Of a stretch of 64,000 nt of DNA, positions 60,605 through 64,000 are shown piece by piece. How positions within the stretch are numbered: position 1 is the first letter of the stretch; each line of letters begins with the position of its first letter. The notes under the pieces are model-generated. The model did not search any database, was not told the origin of the DNA, and saw nothing but the letters and a program-made list of their open reading frames with translations. Source of the stretch: an uncultured delta proteobacterium (GTDB lineage Bacteria > Desulfobacterota > Desulfomonilia > UBA1062); contig CAVVYZ010000001.1 in NCBI GenBank assembly GCA_963752595.1, positions 96,001 through 160,000 on the forward strand. Reading direction: 5' to 3'. Made by a program: the position numbers and the translations under genes.

Positions 60605-62299
60605 TTATTCATTCAACGCTCTGGATTCTCTGCTGAGTTCCCAATCCTGGATATCTCTAAATGCATCTTCAGGCCTCGAAACCGACCCCATTTTTTCCAT
60701 GAGCTGTCTATCCTGGGCGGCTCTACTTGCAAGCCCCAGTATTTCGACCTGTATGTCCGGTTTTTCCACTGGAGACAAGATAAGGAAAACGCACTCGATG
60801 GGTTTTTCGGTAGAGACATCGGATACGCCCCCATGGGTGAGGCCGAGGGCTACATGTGCAGTGCGAAGCCCTGGAATCCTTACATGGGGGAAGGCTACTC
60901 CTTCGTTCAGGAATGTGGACCCCTGGCGTTCTCTTTCCTGCAGGGAATTGAGACACTTGAGACTATGGTCAAGGCCTCCTGAACGATCTGCAGCTTCTGT
61001 CAGGGCGCAGAGCAGGTCATCTTTTGTTACAGGCCTTTCCCAAATAAGAATGCTCCCCGGAGACATGAACCTGCTCAAGGCTGCATATTCGGTTCTAGGA
61101 TGAGGCAGCGAGGCGGCGCTCGGAGCCTCATTGAAGAACCTTTCCTCACGTGGAGCAGGCGGCGCCTGCTCCGGCTTCTTGGTATCCAGCATAACGACCG
61201 TCACTCCTCTTGCCTCTTGGACAAGCCGCTCCGCAACACTGCTTTTTCCGAAGACCCGTTTCCATAAAGGGGTCTTTTCCGGACTTCCGATAATGATGTG
61301 GCCGACCCTGTATTCTTTTGCAAACTGGAGAATGGTCTTCACAATGTCCTCACCTTTGAATGTGAAGACAATGGCACCGAGCACCTTCGCAAGGGTGAGT
61401 GTTTCCGATACCATGCGCTGGGTCTGGGCATCGATGACCACCGGCTCTTCAGTGGGGGTCTGGACATACACTGCGTACCAGTTCCTGTTGAGCCTGCCTG
61501 CCAGCCGTGAGCCGTAGCGCAGGAGCTTTTCGCTGTTCGGCCCCTTTGAACTGAGGCACACCATGACCTGGTCAGGCGTGGCAGCCATCTCCTTTTCCGG
61601 CTCTTCCCGGGACCGCAAGTCTATCTGAGAGGCAAGCTCGCGCAGGGTAAGCTCCCTGAGCTGCTCCAGGTTCGTCCTCTTGAAGAAATTCGCCATGACC
61701 CTCTCGATCCTATCCGGAGGGTACACCTTGCCTTCCTTCAGCCGGACATTCAGGTCTTCGGTAGTGATGTCGACGTTTACGATCTGATCTGCTTCGGCAA
61801 AGACGGAATCCGGGAGCCTCTCGTGTACCTTGACGCCCGATGCGCGTTCGACGATATCATAGAGGCTTTCAAGGTGCTGAACATTCATGGTAGTGATCAC
61901 GTGAATCCCCTGAGCCAGGATATCCTGAACATCCTGATATCGTTTGGAATGCCTGCTTCCCGGGACATTGGTATGGGCAAGCTCATCGATGAGGACAATC
62001 TGCGGCTTGCGTTTCAGGATGGCATCGACATCCGTTTCCTCAAGGCTGATGCCCCGGTATTCGACACGCCTCCTGGAAATTACTTCGAGGCCTTCCAACA
62101 GTTTTGCCGTCTCGGGTCGGCCATGGGTTTCCACCAGGCCGACTACCACGTCGATCCCCTCGTTTTGAAGCCTGTGGCCCTCCTGGAGCATCGAAAAGGT
62201 TTTGCCTACACCGGCGGCATACCCGAGGTATATCTTCAGCCGCCCCCGCTGGGACCTGCGGATCATACTTAAGAATTCATCAGCTCTACCTACTGCCAT
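60605..62299 (-). CDS. kdpD: KdpD N-terminal sensor + USP domain fused to a PTS EIIA domain; no TM or kinase domains
   Basis: GRLKIYLGYAAGVGKT, DELAHTN, NVQHLESL, LRELTLR; USP; ERERQGSTFLNEGVAFPHVR (EIIA phospho-His motif). Confidence 0.85.
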   Translation of the reverse strand: MAVGRADEFLSMIRRSQRGRLKIYLGYAAGVGKTFSMLQEGHRLQNEGIDVVVGLVETHGRPETAKLLEGLEVISRRRVEYRGISLEETDVDAILKRKPQIVLIDELAHTNVPGSRHSKRYQDVQDILAQGIHVITTMNVQHLESLYDIVERASGVKVHERLPDSVFAEADQIVNVDITTEDLNVRLKEGKVYPPDRIERVMANFFKRTNLEQLRELTLRELASQIDLRSREEPEKEMAATPDQVMVCLSSKGPNSEKLLRYGSRLAGRLNRNWYAVYVQTPTEEPVVIDAQTQRMVSETLTLAKVLGAIVFTFKGEDIVKTILQFAKEYRVGHIIIGSPEKTPLWKRVFGKSSVAERLVQEARGVTVVMLDTKKPEQAPPAPREERFFNEAPSAASLPHPRTEYAALSRFMSPGSILIWERPVTKDDLLCALTEAADRSGGLDHSLKCLNSLQERERQGSTFLNEGVAFPHVRIPGLRTAHVALGLTHGGVSDVSTEKPIECVFLILSPVEKPDIQVEILGLASRAAQDRQLMEKMGSVSRPEDAFRDIQDWELSRESRALNE

Positions 62300-62304
62300 T
62301 GTTT

Positions 62305-62886
62305 TTATCTGCTCCTGTCCAGATCAAAATTCAACATCAGGATATTCACACGGGGTTCTCCGAAGATGCCGAGGTCCCGGCCTAGGGTATGTGCCGCGAT
62401 GATCCTGCGTACGACATCTTCGCTCATGGCCCGTGCCCTGGCAACCCGGGGGGCTTGTAGCAGGGCGTTGTATGAGCTGATGTGCGGGTCCAGCCCGCTT
62501 GCAGAAGCAGTCACGCTATCGGCCGGTATCGCCGCATCGGGTTTCAGATTGTTTTCCATCCGGTAACTGACGGCGCGCTGCCTGATCGTATGAACCAGTT
62601 CTCTGGAAAGGGGGCCGAGGTTGCTTCCGCCTGAACTTAAAGGGTCGTACCCTGCTCCGGCCGCTGAGGGCCTGGGATGAAAATACTGCGACCCGGTGAA
62701 CCGTTGGGCAATGAGGCTGGAGCCCATGACCTTCCCATTACGAATGATGAGCGATCCATTGGCCTTCTCATGAAACAATCCCTGAGCCAAACCGAATACA
62801 AGCATGGGATAGACTCCGCATACGAGAACCGCGAGCACGAGGGTTGCGACGAGGGCGGTTCGGAATTCACGAATGTATTTTGTCAT
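62305..62886 (-). CDS. kdpC: K+-transporting ATPase subunit C
   Basis: ANGSLI, YFHPRPSA, SGGSNLGP, VTASASGLDPHIS, GEPRVNIL. Confidence 0.95.
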   Translation of the reverse strand: MTKYIREFRTALVATLVLAVLVCGVYPMLVFGLAQGLFHEKANGSLIIRNGKVMGSSLIAQRFTGSQYFHPRPSAAGAGYDPLSSGGSNLGPLSRELVHTIRQRAVSYRMENNLKPDAAIPADSVTASASGLDPHISSYNALLQAPRVARARAMSEDVVRRIIAAHTLGRDLGIFGEPRVNILMLNFDLDRSR

Positions 62887-62900
62887 CCTATCCTCTCCTT

Positions 62901-64000
62901 TCACACCAGGTGAAGCGCGTGTACGATCATGTCTATGAGCTTTATCCCGGGGAAGGGTGCGATCAGTCCGCCGAGACCGTAAATCAGGAGATTGCGCCGC
63001 AACATACTTTCGGCACTGAGCGGCCGGAACCTCACTCCCCTTAAGGCAAGCGGTATCAATGCCGCAATGATGAGTGCGTTGAAGATGACCGCACTTAAGA
63101 TAGCACTCTGGGGCGAGTGGAGTCGCATGATATTGAGCGGAGCGGCAACAGGGAAGAGGTTGATCAGCATGGCCGGGATGATGGCAAAGTACTTGGCAAC
63201 ATCGTTCGCAACGCTGAAGGTCGTGAGCGAGCCCCGTGTGATGAGCATCTGCTTTCCGATCTCCACAACCTCGATGAGCTTGGTCGGGTTGGAGTCGAGA
63301 TCCACCATGTTTCCTGCCTCTTTTGCAGCCTGGGTTCCGGTGTTCATGGCAACTCCCACGTCGGCCTGCGCCAGTGCCGGAGCATCGTTCGTGCCGTCGC
63401 CGGTCATTGCCACGAGATGACCTGCTGCCTGCTCTCTCCTGATGAGTCTCAGCTTGTCTTCGGGCCTGGCTTCTGCAATGAAGTCATCCACACCGGCCTC
63501 TTTCGCAATGGCCGCAGCGGTTCGGGGGTTGTCGCCGGTGATCATGACTGTCTTGATGCCTATGGCCCTGAAGCGCTCGAATCGGTCTTTCAACCCGCCT
63601 TTAACGATGTCTTTCAGGTGGATGGTGCCGAGCACGAGATCATTTTCCGCCACTACAAGGGGTGTACCTCCAGATTGAGCGATTGTGTCGACAACTCCGC
63701 TCACCTCCTCCGGGAGCTTTCTGCCAGTGAAGATCTCCATGACATCGGCAGATCCCTTGCGAATCCTTTTCCCGTCGATATCCACGCCGCTCATCCGCGT
63801 CTGGGCCGTGAAGTTGATAAAGACAGCATGCGGCATTTCCGCGATCGACCTGCCGCGGAGGCCGTACTGCTTAGCCAGGACGACGATGCTCCGTCCTTCG
63901 GGAGTCTCGTCGGCAAGGGAAGCGAGCTGGGCCGAACTTGCCAGTTCTTCCATTCTGACGCCCCTGGCAGGGATGATCTCCGTGGCCTGGCGATCACCCA
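62901..64000 (-). CDS. kdpB: K+-transporting ATPase subunit B, 3' part
   Basis: [52 protein letters not shown]. Confidence 0.96.
   Translation of the reverse strand, partial: GDRQATEIIPARGVRMEELASSAQLASLADETPEGRSIVVLAKQYGLRGRSIAEMPHAVFINFTAQTRMSGVDIDGKRIRKGSADVMEIFTGRKLPEEVSGVVDTIAQSGGTPLVVAENDLVLGTIHLKDIVKGGLKDRFERFRAIGIKTVMITGDNPRTAAAIAKEAGVDDFIAEARPEDKLRLIRREQAAGHLVAMTGDGTNDAPALAQADVGVAMNTGTQAAKEAGNMVDLDSNPTKLIEVVEIGKQMLITRGSLTTFSVANDVAKYFAIIPAMLINLFPVAAPLNIMRLHSPQSAILSAVIFNALIIAALIPLALRGVRFRPLSAESMLRRNLLIYGLGGLIAPFPGIKLIDMIVHALHLV

Noticed and set aside
1-64000. CRISPR array, rRNA, tRNA
   Set aside because: No regularly spaced direct repeats, rRNA signatures or cloverleaf/T-loop patterns recognised by eye.

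Overview
A 64 kb stretch of bacterial chromosome of moderately high GC. Gene content (HEAT/HD-GYP pair, FmdE-like protein, PEP-CTERM, KaiBC, gamma-CA, hppA) suggests an anaerobic Deltaproteobacterium such as Desulfobacterota or Syntrophales; this assignment is an inference. Main blocks, left to right: (1) a KamA radical-SAM + two Ddl-like ATP-grasp ligases + GNAT operon; (2) a HEAT-repeat + HD-GYP pair; (3) a NemR-like TetR with a molybdopterin oxidoreductase, Fe-S protein, FmdE-like protein and TauE; (4) a divergent-type membrane pyrophosphatase with a long leader; (5) a cNMP-binding protein + TPR/beta-barrel (Slam-like) protein + FecR/TbpB-barrel protein + CHASE2 adenylate cyclase cluster; (6) assorted enzymes; (7) an unannotated 51-codon membrane ORF with an in-frame UGA and a SECIS-like hairpin; (8) a small defence-like islet (GIY-YIG, collapsed type I RM remnant, DNA-binding protein + Doc); (9) aroF, asnB, msrAB, ftsH; (10) a frameshifted kaiC-kaiB-kaiB-kinase locus with an inverted extra kaiB; (11) a low-GC accessory region with PEP-CTERM, TatT, an IS200-like element and two strongly structured non-coding segments; (12) kdpB-kdpC followed by a kinase-less KdpD fused to a PTS EIIA domain. 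No rRNA, tRNA or CRISPR array was recognised. All calls are by eye from motifs; no database searches were run.
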